The position numbers were made by a program, and so were the translations under genes. A DNA stretch of 64,000 nucleotides from an uncultured Chloroflexia bacterium (lineage in GTDB: Bacteria > Chloroflexota > Limnocylindria > Limnocylindrales > CSP1-4): the NCBI GenBank assembly GCA_963734535.1, contig CAVTHS010000008.1:224001-288000 (forward strand), written 5' to 3'. Each line of letters opens with the position of its first letter. Positions within the stretch are counted from its first letter, which is position 1. The notes under the pieces are model-generated. The model made no database searches and was not told the origin of the DNA. It worked only from the letters and a program-made list of their open reading frames with translations. This document shows positions 39,754 to 49,686 of the stretch, in pieces.

Positions 39754-40490
39754 CGGCGTGCCTCCCGGCCTGCCGCGTCGAACGGGATGACCGTGGACTC
39801 GCTGGGGCCAGACGCCCGGTTGGGGCCGGCGGCCTGGGGTAGCGGCGCAAACCCGTCGCCATGCACCTCCGCGAGCGCGACACGAAGCCGCAGGAGCGCA
39901 CGACGCGTCCGCGTCTTCACGGTCCCCAGCGGCCAGCCGAGCCTCGCGGCGATCTCGCTCTGGGTCAGGTCGTCGCGGTATGCCAGCAGGATGACCTCGC
40001 GTTCGGGCTCCGCCATCCCGGCGAGCGCGGCAGCGATCGCGGCCTGGGTCTCGACCGTCGCGAGGAGGTCCGCCGGGTCGCCCGCATCGGTGTCGACGAC
40101 ACCCCCGACCGTCCCACGGACGTTGGCCAGGCGCTCGAGGGCGCTCGAATCCGGCTCGTCCTCTCGGCCCATCGGCGACAGCGACACGAGCTGGGGCCGG
40201 CGGCTCGCGGCGCGCAGGCGGTCGACCGCCCGGTTGCGGGCAATCGTTCCCAGCCACGCGGCGAGCGAGCCGACCGTCGAGTCGAACCGTTCGGCGCGGT
40301 TCCAGAGCGTCAGGAAGACCTCCTGCACCACGTCCTCGGCGACGGATCGGTCGCCGGTGAGCCGGAAGGCCGTGGCGAAGATCGAGCTCACGTGGCGATC
40401 GTAGAGTGAGGCAAGGGCAGCCTCGGACCCGGTCGCAACCGCGGCGACGAGCGCAGCCTCGTCAGGTGGCGCGGAGCGGCTGTCACTCAT
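39750..40490 (-). CDS. ECF sigma factor (SigK-like)
   Basis: LYDRH, AEDVVQEVFL, IARNRAVDRLR, LTQSEIA...PLGTVKTR. Confidence 0.92.
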   Translation of the reverse strand: MSDSRSAPPDEAALVAAVATGSEAALASLYDRHVSSIFATAFRLTGDRSVAEDVVQEVFLTLWNRAERFDSTVGSLAAWLGTIARNRAVDRLRAASRRPQLVSLSPMGREDEPDSSALERLANVRGTVGGVVDTDAGDPADLLATVETQAAIAAALAGMAEPEREVILLAYRDDLTQSEIAARLGWPLGTVKTRTRRALLRLRVALAEVHGDGFAPLPQAAGPNRASGPSESTVIPFDAAGREARR

Positions 40491-40492
40491 TG

Positions 40493-40999
40493 CTACGCTT
40501 CGAGAGGCGATTCGGATCTGGACGGCTTATCGGCCACCCGGATCGGCAGCGGACGCCGCTCGAACGGCGTGGAGAAGACCACGTCCGTCTCGGTCCGGTA
40601 GACGTGGCGGGTGCCCTGGACGATCCGCACGATCCGTTCGAGATCGCTCGTGTCGCTCGCCCGGATCTTGAGCAGGTAGTCGCCCTCCCCGGCGATCCGG
40701 TGGCAGGCCTCCACCTCCGCGATCGCGGAGAAGTCGCCGGCGAGATCATCGGCGATCGTGCCGGGTGCCTGGGTGACCCACATGAAGGCAAGGACGCCGA
40801 GGCCCACCGAGACCGGATCGACCGCGGCCATGTACCCCCGGATGATCCCGCGTGCCTCCAGCTTCTTGACGCGCTCGTGCGCCGACGGGCCGCTCATGCC
40901 GACCGCCGCACCGATCTCCGCATAGGAGAGCCTGCCGTCGCGCTGGAGCGCGTCGACGATCCCGGCGTCGATGACGTTCAGCTTGGGCTCGAGGGGCAC
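40493..40999 (-). CDS. Lrp/AsnC-family regulator
   Basis: LQRDGRLSYAEIG...HERVKKLEARGII; CHRIAGEGDYLLKI. Confidence 0.93.
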   Translation of the reverse strand: MPLEPKLNVIDAGIVDALQRDGRLSYAEIGAAVGMSGPSAHERVKKLEARGIIRGYMAAVDPVSVGLGVLAFMWVTQAPGTIADDLAGDFSAIAEVEACHRIAGEGDYLLKIRASDTSDLERIVRIVQGTRHVYRTETDVVFSTPFERRPLPIRVADKPSRSESPLEA

Positions 41000-41028
41000 T
41001 TCGTACCACTCCGTTAGGCGATCTTACC

Positions 41029-41057
41029 TTGACGTTCTCTATTTGTTAGGCTAACAT
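41029..41057 (+). promoter_or_regulatory. Sigma70-like promoter with inverted repeat, divergent from lrp
   Basis: TTGACG-17nt-TAACAT; IR TGTTAG-G-CTAACA at 41044-41056 in an AT-rich patch. Confidence 0.7.
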
Positions 41058-41111
41058 TCACATCAGGTCGACGATCGTCGACTATGTCCGCAACATACGG
41101 AGGTATGCACG

Positions 41112-41246
41112 ATGATCTTCGCGACCGTGCTCGGCCTCCTGGCGCTCTTCTCCTTCATCAGCATCCTGCTGAGCGGTGACGATTCGGAGCCTCAGGTCGA
41201 TCCGCGCGACAATCTCCCCGTCTGGGCACGCTTCGGGATGCGCTGA
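41112..41246 (+). CDS. 44-aa single-TM small protein
   Basis: MIFATVLGLLALFSFISILLSGDDSEPQVDPRDNLPVWARFGMR; GGAGG RBS, own promoter, downstream hairpin. Confidence 0.7.
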   Translation: MIFATVLGLLALFSFISILLSGDDSEPQVDPRDNLPVWARFGMR

Positions 41247-41308
41247 CCCCCCAACCTCGGACGCGTCCGCTGACCGCGGGCGCCGGAATCCAAGCCTACA
41301 CCCTCTCT

Positions 41309-41331
41309 GGGCCCCCGCCCGCCGGGGGCCC
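41309..41331. terminator. GC hairpin between convergent genes
   Basis: GGGCCCCC-7nt-GGGGGCCC. Confidence 0.5.
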
Positions 41332-41346
41332 TGGTTGTTCCGAGTG

Positions 41347-42295
41347 TCAGAAGACCGGCAGGATCTTCGTTTCGCAGGACACGCGCCTGGGCATCACGGA
41401 TCTGTTCAACGTCCAGCGCGCCGAGCGCTACGTCGACCTCCGGCCGGTCGCGTCGAGCGAACAGGATCGCCCGGCTCAGGGTTTCGCAGGTGTCGATCGC
41501 CTCGGATCGCTCCAGGGAGCGCACGGTGATCCTGACCACCTCGAGCGGGATCAGCAGAGACGTCCGATGCCATACGGCAGCGTCGATCTCGCCCAGGGCG
41601 ACCGCCGCTGGTAGGTGCGGATAGTCCATCGCCTGGAACTCGTAGCCGTCCGCCGCCGGAAACTCGGCCAACGTGAGTTGCGTATGGTCGTACGAGTCGC
41701 GATCAATTCCGATCCGATGGACACCGGAAATCGATGCGGCCTGTATCGGGTGCTCCAGCACAACCATCGACCCGTCGCTGTAATAGCTATGGGGACCGAG
41801 GTCGACCTCGGTCCACTCCCGGTCCGGAGGCGTGGATCGGGAATGCTCGGCCGCCCCCCGGGACAGGACCGCGAAGTCCGCTTGCCCCTCCTCTACCACT
41901 CGGACTCGACGAGAGGCTCCGTGCATGTACAGCATCCGGAGTGGGATCCCGAGACCGCCGAACTGGGCACGCAGACCCGCCGCCAATCCGGACCCTTCCG
42001 GCGAGTCGGGCAAGGGAAGGGTGCCCGTAACGTTACCGAGCCCACCAATCGCCCACAAACGGCCCACGTGCCGTTTGACGATATACGTGCCCTGATGGCC
42101 CCGGGCTCGCAGCGTCACGGCGCCCGCGCTTTCGAGCACCCGCAGGCCCTTCTGGACGGTCCCCGATCCGACGCCCAGGAGCTCCTGCCACTGCAGCGAG
42201 GTCGGCAGGCGGTCGCCGACTACGCGCCCAAGGACGTCGAGGGCGAGCATCTGGACCGCTCGCTGGTTGCTCGAGAGGGCGACGTCAAAGGCCAT
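41347..42295 (-). CDS. YhfZ-family protein (GntR-like HTH plus periplasmic-binding-like domain); true stop probably near 41347 after an indel
   Basis: GDRLPT...GTVQKGL...LRARGHQGTY, LPLP...GLAAGL, LYMHGASRR, RIGIDRDSYDH. Confidence 0.8.
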
Positions 42296-42480
42296 GCAAG
42301 GACGAAGTATAGATTTGGGGTCTGCCTCGAGGGACCATGGGTCGTCCGGAGCGGGTGCGCCGGTTTAGGGCGCCCGAGACCGGCACTCGATTGAGGCAGG
42401 AAGTGGCCCGCGCCGGGGGAAATGGCACAGGCCAGTGCAGTTCAGCCATCCGGAGGCCAGTCCGGGCCCGACCGATGCGG

Positions 42481-44121
42481 TCAGGCAGGCTGCGGCGTGA
42501 ACCTGTTCGCGGCGACCAGGTCGCGATACATGGATATCTGCGTTGCCTGCTCGTCCGCGCTCCAGCCGAGCAGTGTGCTCATCTCGGATGCGACCGCATC
42601 GGCCACGCCCAGCCCGCCATCTTCCGCCCAGTAGAAGATCGACGCCCGCCGAGCGAAGAAGTCGGCGACCGTACGGGCCATCTCTTCTTCGACGGCGTAA
42701 CGGACCTCAGCGAGGCTGAGGTGGAGGGCGCCAAGGTCGCGCCCCGCCTCCGGGTCGGTTTGGAGTCGGTCGGCCAGCGCGGACGCGTTGCCCCCATAGG
42801 TGGCCAGCCAGCGCTGTCGGATCGCCGGATCGACGGACGAGAGTTCGCTCGTGCGTCGGCGCGCTGCGAACCGGGCACTCGCGCTTCCGCCGCTCAGAGG
42901 AACGGCGGCGCTTCGCGAGTGCGGGACGCCGTGGAGACCAAAGCTCGTGCCGAGCGCCTTCACGGCTGCGTCGACGACTTGTTCGCCCATCAAACGGCCC
43001 GTCGTCATCTTGCCGCCCGCGATCGTCAGCAACCCCGCCGGGCTCATCATGATCTGGTGGTCGCGTGAGACGGCGCTCGTGGCGAGATCGCCTTCGGGCT
43101 TGACAAGCGGTCGCAGGCCGGCCCAGGTCGCCACAACGTTGCTGAGGCCGAGACGAGCGTCAGGGATCGCGAAGTTGGCTGCCTCCAGCAGGTACTCGAC
43201 GTCCTCGGTCGTCGCCGTGACATGGTCGAGCGGGCCGTCGTAGTCCGTGTCGGTGGTTCCGATGTAGACGAGGTTCTCATCGAGGGCGGGAATCGGCCAG
43301 ACCACCCGGTTGTCGCGCGGGGAGCGCAGGAAGACAGCGTGATTGAGCGGGAAGTCCTGCTTGCGGACGACGATGTGGATGCCCTTCGTCGGACGGAGGA
43401 GACGGTCATGGACCCCGGGCTCGAGAAACCTGACCTGGTCGGTCCACGGCCCCGACGTGTTGATGACCTGGCGGGCGCAGATCGTGCCGTTCTCGCCGGT
43501 CAGGCGGTCGGCGACCTCAATCCCGCCGACCCGGCCCCGCTCCATGACGAGGCCCGTCACTTCCATGTAGTTGGCAGCCAGCGCCCCCGCCTCCGTGGCC
43601 CCCTTGAGGGACTCAATCGTGAAACGGGCATCATCGGTGAGGAAGTCGTAGTACCAGCCTCCGCCCTGGAGGCCGTCGGGGTTGAGGTGTGGCTCCTCGC
43701 GGAGCAGAGCGGCCCCCCGAAGCATCCGGTGGCGGCGCTTCAGGGGGCTGCCCGAGAAGATGTCGTAGACGGTGAGCCCGGCGTTCAGCAGGAACATGTT
43801 CTCCGGGTAGCCGCGGTAGAGCACGTAGATGAACGGCCGGACTGTGGCGAGGTGCGGCGCGAGCTTGAGCATCAGCTCGCGCTCGCGGCACGACTCCCGG
43901 ACCAGCCTGAACTGGTAGCTCTCGAGATAGCGCACGCCGCCGTGAAGCAGCTTGGTCGAGCGGCTGCTCGTGCCAGACGCGAAGTCGCCCTTCTCGACCA
44001 GCACCGTGGAAAGGCCACGCAGCGCAGCGTCGCGGGCCGTCGACGCGCCTGTGATGCCTCCGCCAACGATCGCGATGTCGAAGGTCCGCCCCGCGACATC
44101 GCCCAACCCGAACCTGCGCAT
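42481..44121 (-). CDS. glpD: FAD-dependent glycerol-3-phosphate dehydrogenase/oxidase
   Basis: IVGGGITG, DFASGTSSRSTKLLHGGVRYL, DDAR, GTTDT, AGLRPL, GGKMTT. Confidence 0.9.
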   Translation of the reverse strand: MRRFGLGDVAGRTFDIAIVGGGITGASTARDAALRGLSTVLVEKGDFASGTSSRSTKLLHGGVRYLESYQFRLVRESCRERELMLKLAPHLATVRPFIYVLYRGYPENMFLLNAGLTVYDIFSGSPLKRRHRMLRGAALLREEPHLNPDGLQGGGWYYDFLTDDARFTIESLKGATEAGALAANYMEVTGLVMERGRVGGIEVADRLTGENGTICARQVINTSGPWTDQVRFLEPGVHDRLLRPTKGIHIVVRKQDFPLNHAVFLRSPRDNRVVWPIPALDENLVYIGTTDTDYDGPLDHVTATTEDVEYLLEAANFAIPDARLGLSNVVATWAGLRPLVKPEGDLATSAVSRDHQIMMSPAGLLTIAGGKMTTGRLMGEQVVDAAVKALGTSFGLHGVPHSRSAAVPLSGGSASARFAARRRTSELSSVDPAIRQRWLATYGGNASALADRLQTDPEAGRDLGALHLSLAEVRYAVEEEMARTVADFFARRASIFYWAEDGGLGVADAVASEMSTLLGWSADEQATQISMYRDLVAANRFTPQPA

Positions 44122-44134
44122 GGTGTGTGTCCCT

Positions 44135-45628
44135 CTACTTCTTCGCCCAGCCCATCGACCGGCGGACCGCTTCTGTCCACTCGGCGTAAAGGCGATCGCG
44201 CTGCTCCGACGTCATCTGCGGCGTGAAGACGCGATCGACCTGCTGGCCGGCAAAGCAGTCGGCCGGCGACGCCCAGTAGCCGACCGCGAGTCCGGCCATG
44301 TAGGCGGCCCCGAGGCTCGTCGCCTCCGAGTTGATCGGGCGGACCACCTCGGCATCGAGCATGTCGGCCTGGAACTGCATCAGGAAGTTGTTGCGGGCGG
44401 CTCCGCCATCGACCTTGATCGAGCTGATGCTGACGCCGGATTCCTTGCGCATCGTCTCGAGGAAGTCCTTGGTCGAGAAGACGATCCCCTCGAGGGTGGC
44501 CCGGACGAGGTGCTCGCGGCTCGTCCCCCTGGTGATCCCGATGATCGTGCCGCGGGCGTATGAGTCCCAGTACGGCGCCGAGAGACCGGTGAGGGCCGGC
44601 ACGAAGTAGACGCCGCCGTTGTCGGCGACGGCCATTGCCAGCGCCTCGGTTTCCGCGGAGGACTCGATCAGGTGGGCGCCGTCGCGAAGCCACTGGACCG
44701 CCGCGCCCGTGACGGACGCGTAGCCTTCGAGGCCGTAGGTCGTGGATTCGCCCATCCGCCAGGCGATGATCGTATTGAGCCCGGCGGCACCCACCGCCAG
44801 GGACGGTCCGACGTTCATATCGAGGAACGTCCCGGTCCCATGCGTGCACTTGACCGTGCCGGGCTCGATGCAGCCCTGGGCGAACAGGGCGGCGTGCTGG
44901 TCGGCGATGGCGCCGGTGATCGGAATGGCGGCCCCCAGCACCGCTGGCTCGGTCGTTCCGAAGTCGCCCGAGTCATCGAGGACGGCCGGGAACATCGAGA
45001 GGGGTACGCCCAGGAAGTCAAGCCACTCGCCGTACCACTCACCCTTCGTGAGGTCGTACGACCCGGTGACCGAGGCGTTCGACGCGGCGATGGCATGGAC
45101 CTTCCCGCCTGTCAAGCGGTGGATCAGCCACGAGTCGATCGTCCCGAAGGCGAGCTGGCCTGCATCGGCCTTCGCCCGAGCGCCGGGCACGTTCTCGAGG
45201 ATCCAGCGCAGGCTGAGCGACGAGTAGACCGGCGCGAGGGCCCAGCCCGTGTGGGCATACGCCTTGGCGGCCCACGCATCGCGGATCGTCTCGATGTAGT
45301 CGGCCGTCCGGGTGTCCTGCCAGACAATCGCAGGCGAAATGGGATCCCCGGATGCCCGGTCCCAGACGACCGTCGTGGCTCGCTGGTTCGTGATGCCGAT
45401 CGCCGCGATATCCGAGATCGTGAGGCCGCCGTCAGCCAGCGCCTTCGTGATCATGGCCAACGTTGCCTGCCAGATCTCCTCGGCGTCGTGCTCCACGCGA
45501 TCCGCGGCGGGATGCGATTGGGTGAACTCGGAGTACGCCGAGGCTCGGATCCTGCTGTCCCGGTCGACGATGACGGCGCGGGTGCCCGTGGTGCCCTCGT
45601 CGATGACGAGAATGAACTGAGCGGCCAT
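44135..45628 (-). CDS. glpK: Glycerol kinase-like FGGY kinase
   Basis: IDEGTTGTR, ITNQRAT, WQDTRT, FGTIDSWL, DQHAALF, GLSAPYWD, DGGA. Confidence 0.85.
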   Translation of the reverse strand: MAAQFILVIDEGTTGTRAVIVDRDSRIRASAYSEFTQSHPAADRVEHDAEEIWQATLAMITKALADGGLTISDIAAIGITNQRATTVVWDRASGDPISPAIVWQDTRTADYIETIRDAWAAKAYAHTGWALAPVYSSLSLRWILENVPGARAKADAGQLAFGTIDSWLIHRLTGGKVHAIAASNASVTGSYDLTKGEWYGEWLDFLGVPLSMFPAVLDDSGDFGTTEPAVLGAAIPITGAIADQHAALFAQGCIEPGTVKCTHGTGTFLDMNVGPSLAVGAAGLNTIIAWRMGESTTYGLEGYASVTGAAVQWLRDGAHLIESSAETEALAMAVADNGGVYFVPALTGLSAPYWDSYARGTIIGITRGTSREHLVRATLEGIVFSTKDFLETMRKESGVSISSIKVDGGAARNNFLMQFQADMLDAEVVRPINSEATSLGAAYMAGLAVGYWASPADCFAGQQVDRVFTPQMTSEQRDRLYAEWTEAVRRSMGWAKK

Positions 45629-45667
45629 GTTTCCTTCTCCTCGTGTGACCAATCGGTCGAGCGACGC

Positions 45668-47074
45668 CTACGCGAAGCCGAGCTTGCCCGGGTTCATGAC
45701 GTTCTCCGGGTCGAGCGCTTCCTTCAGCCGACGGAGCGGGACCATCCCCGTGCCGAGGGCCTCCCGGATGTACGGCAGCCGGGCGAGCCCGACGCCGTGG
45801 TGGTGAGAGATCGCCGCCCCCTGGTCGAGGGCGACACGCATCGCGACCTCCCAGATGCGTCCGATGCATGCCTCCGCGGCCGCGTCGTCGTCGGCCTGGC
45901 CGAGGAGGATCAGATAGAGCGAGGTGCCGTGCGGGTACAGATGCGAGAAGTGGCCCAGGACTTCGTCGGCAAGGGGTGCCAGGGCGACCTTCATCGCCCC
46001 GTACAGGTCGAGCGCCTGGTCCCAGAAGTGCGCGACCTCGATGGTCTCGGCGAAGCCGCCCGGAATCGCGAGGCGGTTCTCGATCGTCGAGAAGTCGAAG
46101 CGTCGCCCCAGCCATGACTCAGCGGCGGCGGGCCCGAGCCGCTGCCCGCCGCCGGCCTCGCAGATCCGCATCGCCACCTCGAACTCGGCTGCGGCAATCG
46201 GAGCGACGCCCTCGACCCCGATGAACATGGCACAGCCCTTGAACGCCGCGTCCTGCATTGCGTGAGGCGCCTCGTCCTCGTCATAGAAGCGGACCAGGAA
46301 CGGACGCAGGCCGCCGCGCATGACCAGGCGCATCGCCTCGACGCCGGCTTCGACGCTCTCGAAGCGGAGTGACTCGACGTGGCGCAATTCGGCACGGGGG
46401 AAGATCCGGAGGGCGACCTCCACGACGACGCCGGTCGTGCCCTCGGCACCCAGGAAGAACTGCCGCAGGTCCGGACCGACGGACATCCGGGGGACCATCG
46501 AGGTCTCAACAATCTCTCCAGTCGGGAGCACCGCGGTGAGGGCGACGACGAGCTCCTCGATGCCGCCATACCGCGACGAGAACTGCCCGGTGGCGCGGGT
46601 TGCCACCCAACCGCCCACGGACGACCGGTCGAGCGACTGGGGCGAGTGGCCGAGCGTGAAGCCGCGATCGTTCAGTTCCCGCTCGAGCTCGATCCCCAGC
46701 TTCCCCGCCTGCACCCGGACGAAGAGGTTCGTCTCATCGAGTTGCAGGACCGCCCGCATCGACGACAGGTCGAGCGTGATCCCGCCGTGCATCGGGAGCG
46801 GTGACCCCGTAACCGAAGAGCCGAGGCCCCATGGGGTGACCGGCTCGCCGTGCTCGCTGGCCCAGGTGAGCAGCCGGGACACCTGGTCGATGGTTGTGGG
46901 CCGGACCACGAGATCTGGCCGGAACGGCTGCCGGTGCTGCATCCGCCACTTCGCGGCAATGGGCCACGCGTCGTAACTGTGGGCCGCCAGGTCGTCTTCG
47001 GAGCTCGACACGGCGCCCGACCCAACGACCTCGCGGATCCGACTCTCGATGGTGGCGGGGTGGTCGGTCTCCAT
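45668..47074 (-). CDS. FAD-linked oxidoreductase, alkyl-dihydroxyacetonephosphate synthase-like
   Basis: GHSPQS...SSVGGWVATRATGQFSSRYG, GPDL, HFSHLYPHGTSLY, SHHHGVG, MNPGK. Confidence 0.85.
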   Translation of the reverse strand: METDHPATIESRIREVVGSGAVSSSEDDLAAHSYDAWPIAAKWRMQHRQPFRPDLVVRPTTIDQVSRLLTWASEHGEPVTPWGLGSSVTGSPLPMHGGITLDLSSMRAVLQLDETNLFVRVQAGKLGIELERELNDRGFTLGHSPQSLDRSSVGGWVATRATGQFSSRYGGIEELVVALTAVLPTGEIVETSMVPRMSVGPDLRQFFLGAEGTTGVVVEVALRIFPRAELRHVESLRFESVEAGVEAMRLVMRGGLRPFLVRFYDEDEAPHAMQDAAFKGCAMFIGVEGVAPIAAAEFEVAMRICEAGGGQRLGPAAAESWLGRRFDFSTIENRLAIPGGFAETIEVAHFWDQALDLYGAMKVALAPLADEVLGHFSHLYPHGTSLYLILLGQADDDAAAEACIGRIWEVAMRVALDQGAAISHHHGVGLARLPYIREALGTGMVPLRRLKEALDPENVMNPGKLGFA

Positions 47075-47081
47075 GGTGCTC

Positions 47082-47936
47082 CTATGTGCCCAGACGGGAC
47101 AGATCGTCCACGAATGCCTCGATGAACTCGGCGACTCCGTCGGCGTCGTGAGGCCCGACGACAAGATCGGCCGCCGCCCGCGGTCGCGCCATCGCATCGC
47201 TCGGCACGATGGCGAACCCGGCCATTCGCAGCATCCCGAGGTCATTGTCGGCATCGCCTGCCGCGATGACCTGCTCCGGAGCGACGCCGAGCTGCTCGAG
47301 GACTGCCTCGAGCGCCTGCTCCTTCGAGGCATTCGCTGCCGTCGCCTCGAAACTCACCCGCATCGAGCGCGAGGCCGTCGCACCCGCCAACCCAGCCAGG
47401 ACGTCGGCTTCCGCGCGGTCCACGGTCGCCGGCTCGCCGCCGAGCATCACCTTCAGGACCGGCGCCCGCGGAACAGGATTCGCATGCCGGTCGATCTCCA
47501 GAACATCCATCTCGTTGAGAGCACGCAGCATTTCAGCGATCGGGCCGCGCTTCGTGACCCAGATCGCCGTCTGCGTCCACAGACTGACGACCAATTCCAG
47601 CCGCGTGCCAAGATCGAGCGCCTCGACAACGAGATGTTCGGGGAGTGGCCGGACGTCGACGGCCTCCAGGCCGGGTGGCTGGATCGTGAGCGCTCCACCG
47701 CAGGCAATCAGGGGGGCCGAGAGGCCCGCTGCCTTCCAGACCGCGAGCGGGGTTGGCACGGCTCGCCCCGTGACGATCACGACACGCAACCCCGCTGCTT
47801 CGGCGCGCCCGAGTGCCGTGATCGCCCGCCGGCTGACGCGGCCATCCGCGCCGGCGAGGGTGCCGTCCATGTCGAGCGCGAGTACCCGGAAGCGCCCGCT
47901 CTCGAGAACTGCCACCGGCCTGGCCCCTGCGGTCAT
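47082..47936 (-). CDS. Cof-type HAD phosphatase
   Basis: LDMDGTL, VTGR, SKEQAL, GDADNDLGML. Confidence 0.9.
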   Translation of the reverse strand: MTAGARPVAVLESGRFRVLALDMDGTLAGADGRVSRRAITALGRAEAAGLRVVIVTGRAVPTPLAVWKAAGLSAPLIACGGALTIQPPGLEAVDVRPLPEHLVVEALDLGTRLELVVSLWTQTAIWVTKRGPIAEMLRALNEMDVLEIDRHANPVPRAPVLKVMLGGEPATVDRAEADVLAGLAGATASRSMRVSFEATAANASKEQALEAVLEQLGVAPEQVIAAGDADNDLGMLRMAGFAIVPSDAMARPRAAADLVVGPHDADGVAEFIEAFVDDLSRLGT

Positions 47937-48342
47937 GCGGCCGCCGCGACGGCGCCATCCTCGGACACACAGGGACGTTGTTGGCTGCGCAGAGTCAGGG
48001 TGCCGTACCCGACGATCGCGATCGCGCTCGCGAAGAATTCCTCGGCCGAACGGCGCCACCGGCCAGACGCCACCGAAACCCATCCTCGATCCTCCCGCCG
48101 CGCGCTGGACTTCCTCATCTCAATAGGCAATAAGCAGGATGCTGCCTAATGACGTAACCAGATTACGTTGCGCGCGAACGGAATGCAAAGTGGCTCTGGG
48201 ATACCCGCGACATCGGCGGAATTCGTCGGTCGCGTGGCTACACGGAGGTGTGCGTACCCGACCATCCCCCACTGTGAGGGCGCGCCGGTCTGGGCGAAGC
48301 GTGCTGGCTTCCGCCCAGATCGTGCGGGAGAGACTCCTCTAC

Positions 48343-48675
48343 CTAGTCCTGGCCGAGGTGACCGAGGTCGACCTCATTTCCGGCGCGGTCAGGAGCGTCG
48401 AGCTGGAAATCCCTCGCCACGACGACGTCCGCCTCCTCGTTTGGGCCGAGGTGACCGAGGTCGACCTCATTCCCAGCGCGATCAGGAGCGTCGAGCTGGA
48501 AATCCCTCGCCACGACGACGTCCGCCTCCTCGTTCTGGCCAAGGTGACCGAGGCCTACATCTCGGTCATGTCCTTCGCGGGTTGCGTCAACACGCTCAAC
48601 GTTCCGTGCCAGATCCACCTGACCCGGAGATCGCGCAGACAGGCCAACAATGGGCGGGGGGATGCAACCGATCAT
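48343..48675 (-). CDS. Putative small acidic repeat protein (31-aa units); start uncertain (48675 or 48618)
   Basis: Differences between repeat copies are mostly synonymous in this frame. Confidence 0.5.
   Translation of the reverse strand: MIGCIPPPIVGLSARSPGQVDLARNVERVDATREGHDRDVGLGHLGQNEEADVVVARDFQLDAPDRAGNEVDLGHLGPNEEADVVVARDFQLDAPDRAGNEVDLGHLGQD
48351..48553. repeat. 93-bp tandem repeat, about 2.2 copies
   Basis: Units start at 48351, 48444 and 48537 (GGCC(G/A)AGGTGACCGAGG...). Confidence 0.95.
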
Positions 48676-48810
48676 GCACGCCGGCGGAAGTTCCTCTCCG
48701 CGAGTCAGGCACGTCACGGCGTGGTCGCTGGCCGGTGTACGATCCCGCAGATGGGTGAAGAGCGAGAGGACGCCGAGAGCCGCCGGCCGGGCCGGATCGA
48801 GAGCCGGACG

Positions 48811-49489
48811 ATGGTCGGGCCGCGAGCCCTCGACGTCATCGCGTTCGACTTCGACGGGGTCATTGCCGACACGGTTCTCGACATCGCGACGGCGGCCAAC
48901 GAGGTCCTCAGCGAGTTCAACCTGCCGGCGGTGCCCGTCTCGGTGGTCCGCTCGCAGATTGGTGGTGGGGTCGAGGCCCTCGTGCGTGGGCTCCTCGCCG
49001 GTCACCCGAACCTTCCGCTCGACGTGGCCGCGGCCCGCTTCCGTGACCGGTACGGACGCTGCTTCGACCATCAGACGACGCTGTTTCCGGGCGTCGCCGA
49101 GGTCCTCGACCAGCTCGGCTCGGCGGGAATACGGATGGCCATCGCGACGAACAAGGCGGAAGCCCTCACGCAACATCTTGTCGAGCAGCTCGGGGTCGCC
49201 CGGCACTTCTTCCTGATCGTCGGGCCCGAAATCGATCGCGCGCCGCAAGCCTGATCCGGAGACGCTGACGAGGATCCTCCAGGCAGCGCACGCGTCGCCG
49301 GCTCACGCCATCATGGTGGGCGATACCGCGGCCGACATCAGGTGCGGTCACGCAGCGGGTACGTGGACGTGCGCCGTCACCTACGGTTACGGCGAGGAGA
49401 TCGAGCTCGCCGACGCCCAGCCCGACTTCACGATCGCCCGCCTCGGCGATCTGCTGGGCCACATGGTCACGCCCGCGCGCCTCGCGTAA
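48811..49489 (+). CDS. HAD phosphatase (phosphoglycolate phosphatase-like), frameshifted near 49230
   Basis: FDFDGVIADT, FPGV, ATNK, KPDP, MVGDTAADI, VTYGY. Confidence 0.88.
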
Positions 49490-49686
49490 GTCAGTCCGCG
49501 GCCAGGAGCCCTCCCTCCGCGGCTCGCAGTCGTGGAGCGGCCCGTTCACGCGGGCGCGGGCGACAGGCCCGAGTTCGCGTTTCGCGGCAGTCTCGACGTC
49601 GAAGAAGACGCGACGTTCAGGCCAGCGCTCGCGGACCGAGATCGAGCCGAAGCACCAGGCCTGCCCGGTTACCGACCGGGTGCCGG

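Noticed and set aside
47933-48130. Short ORF overlapping the Cof HAD start (ATGA)
   Set aside because: The overlap is suggestive, but there is no RBS or recognisable motif; not enough support to call
48351-48553. 93-bp repeats as a CRISPR array
   Set aside because: Units are contiguous and near-identical with no unique spacers, too long for CRISPR repeats, and no cas genes are present
48139-48810. Plus-strand repeat-containing N-terminal extension of the HAD phosphatase
   Set aside because: Repeat substitutions are non-synonymous in that frame, and the HAD motif I follows the ATG at 48811
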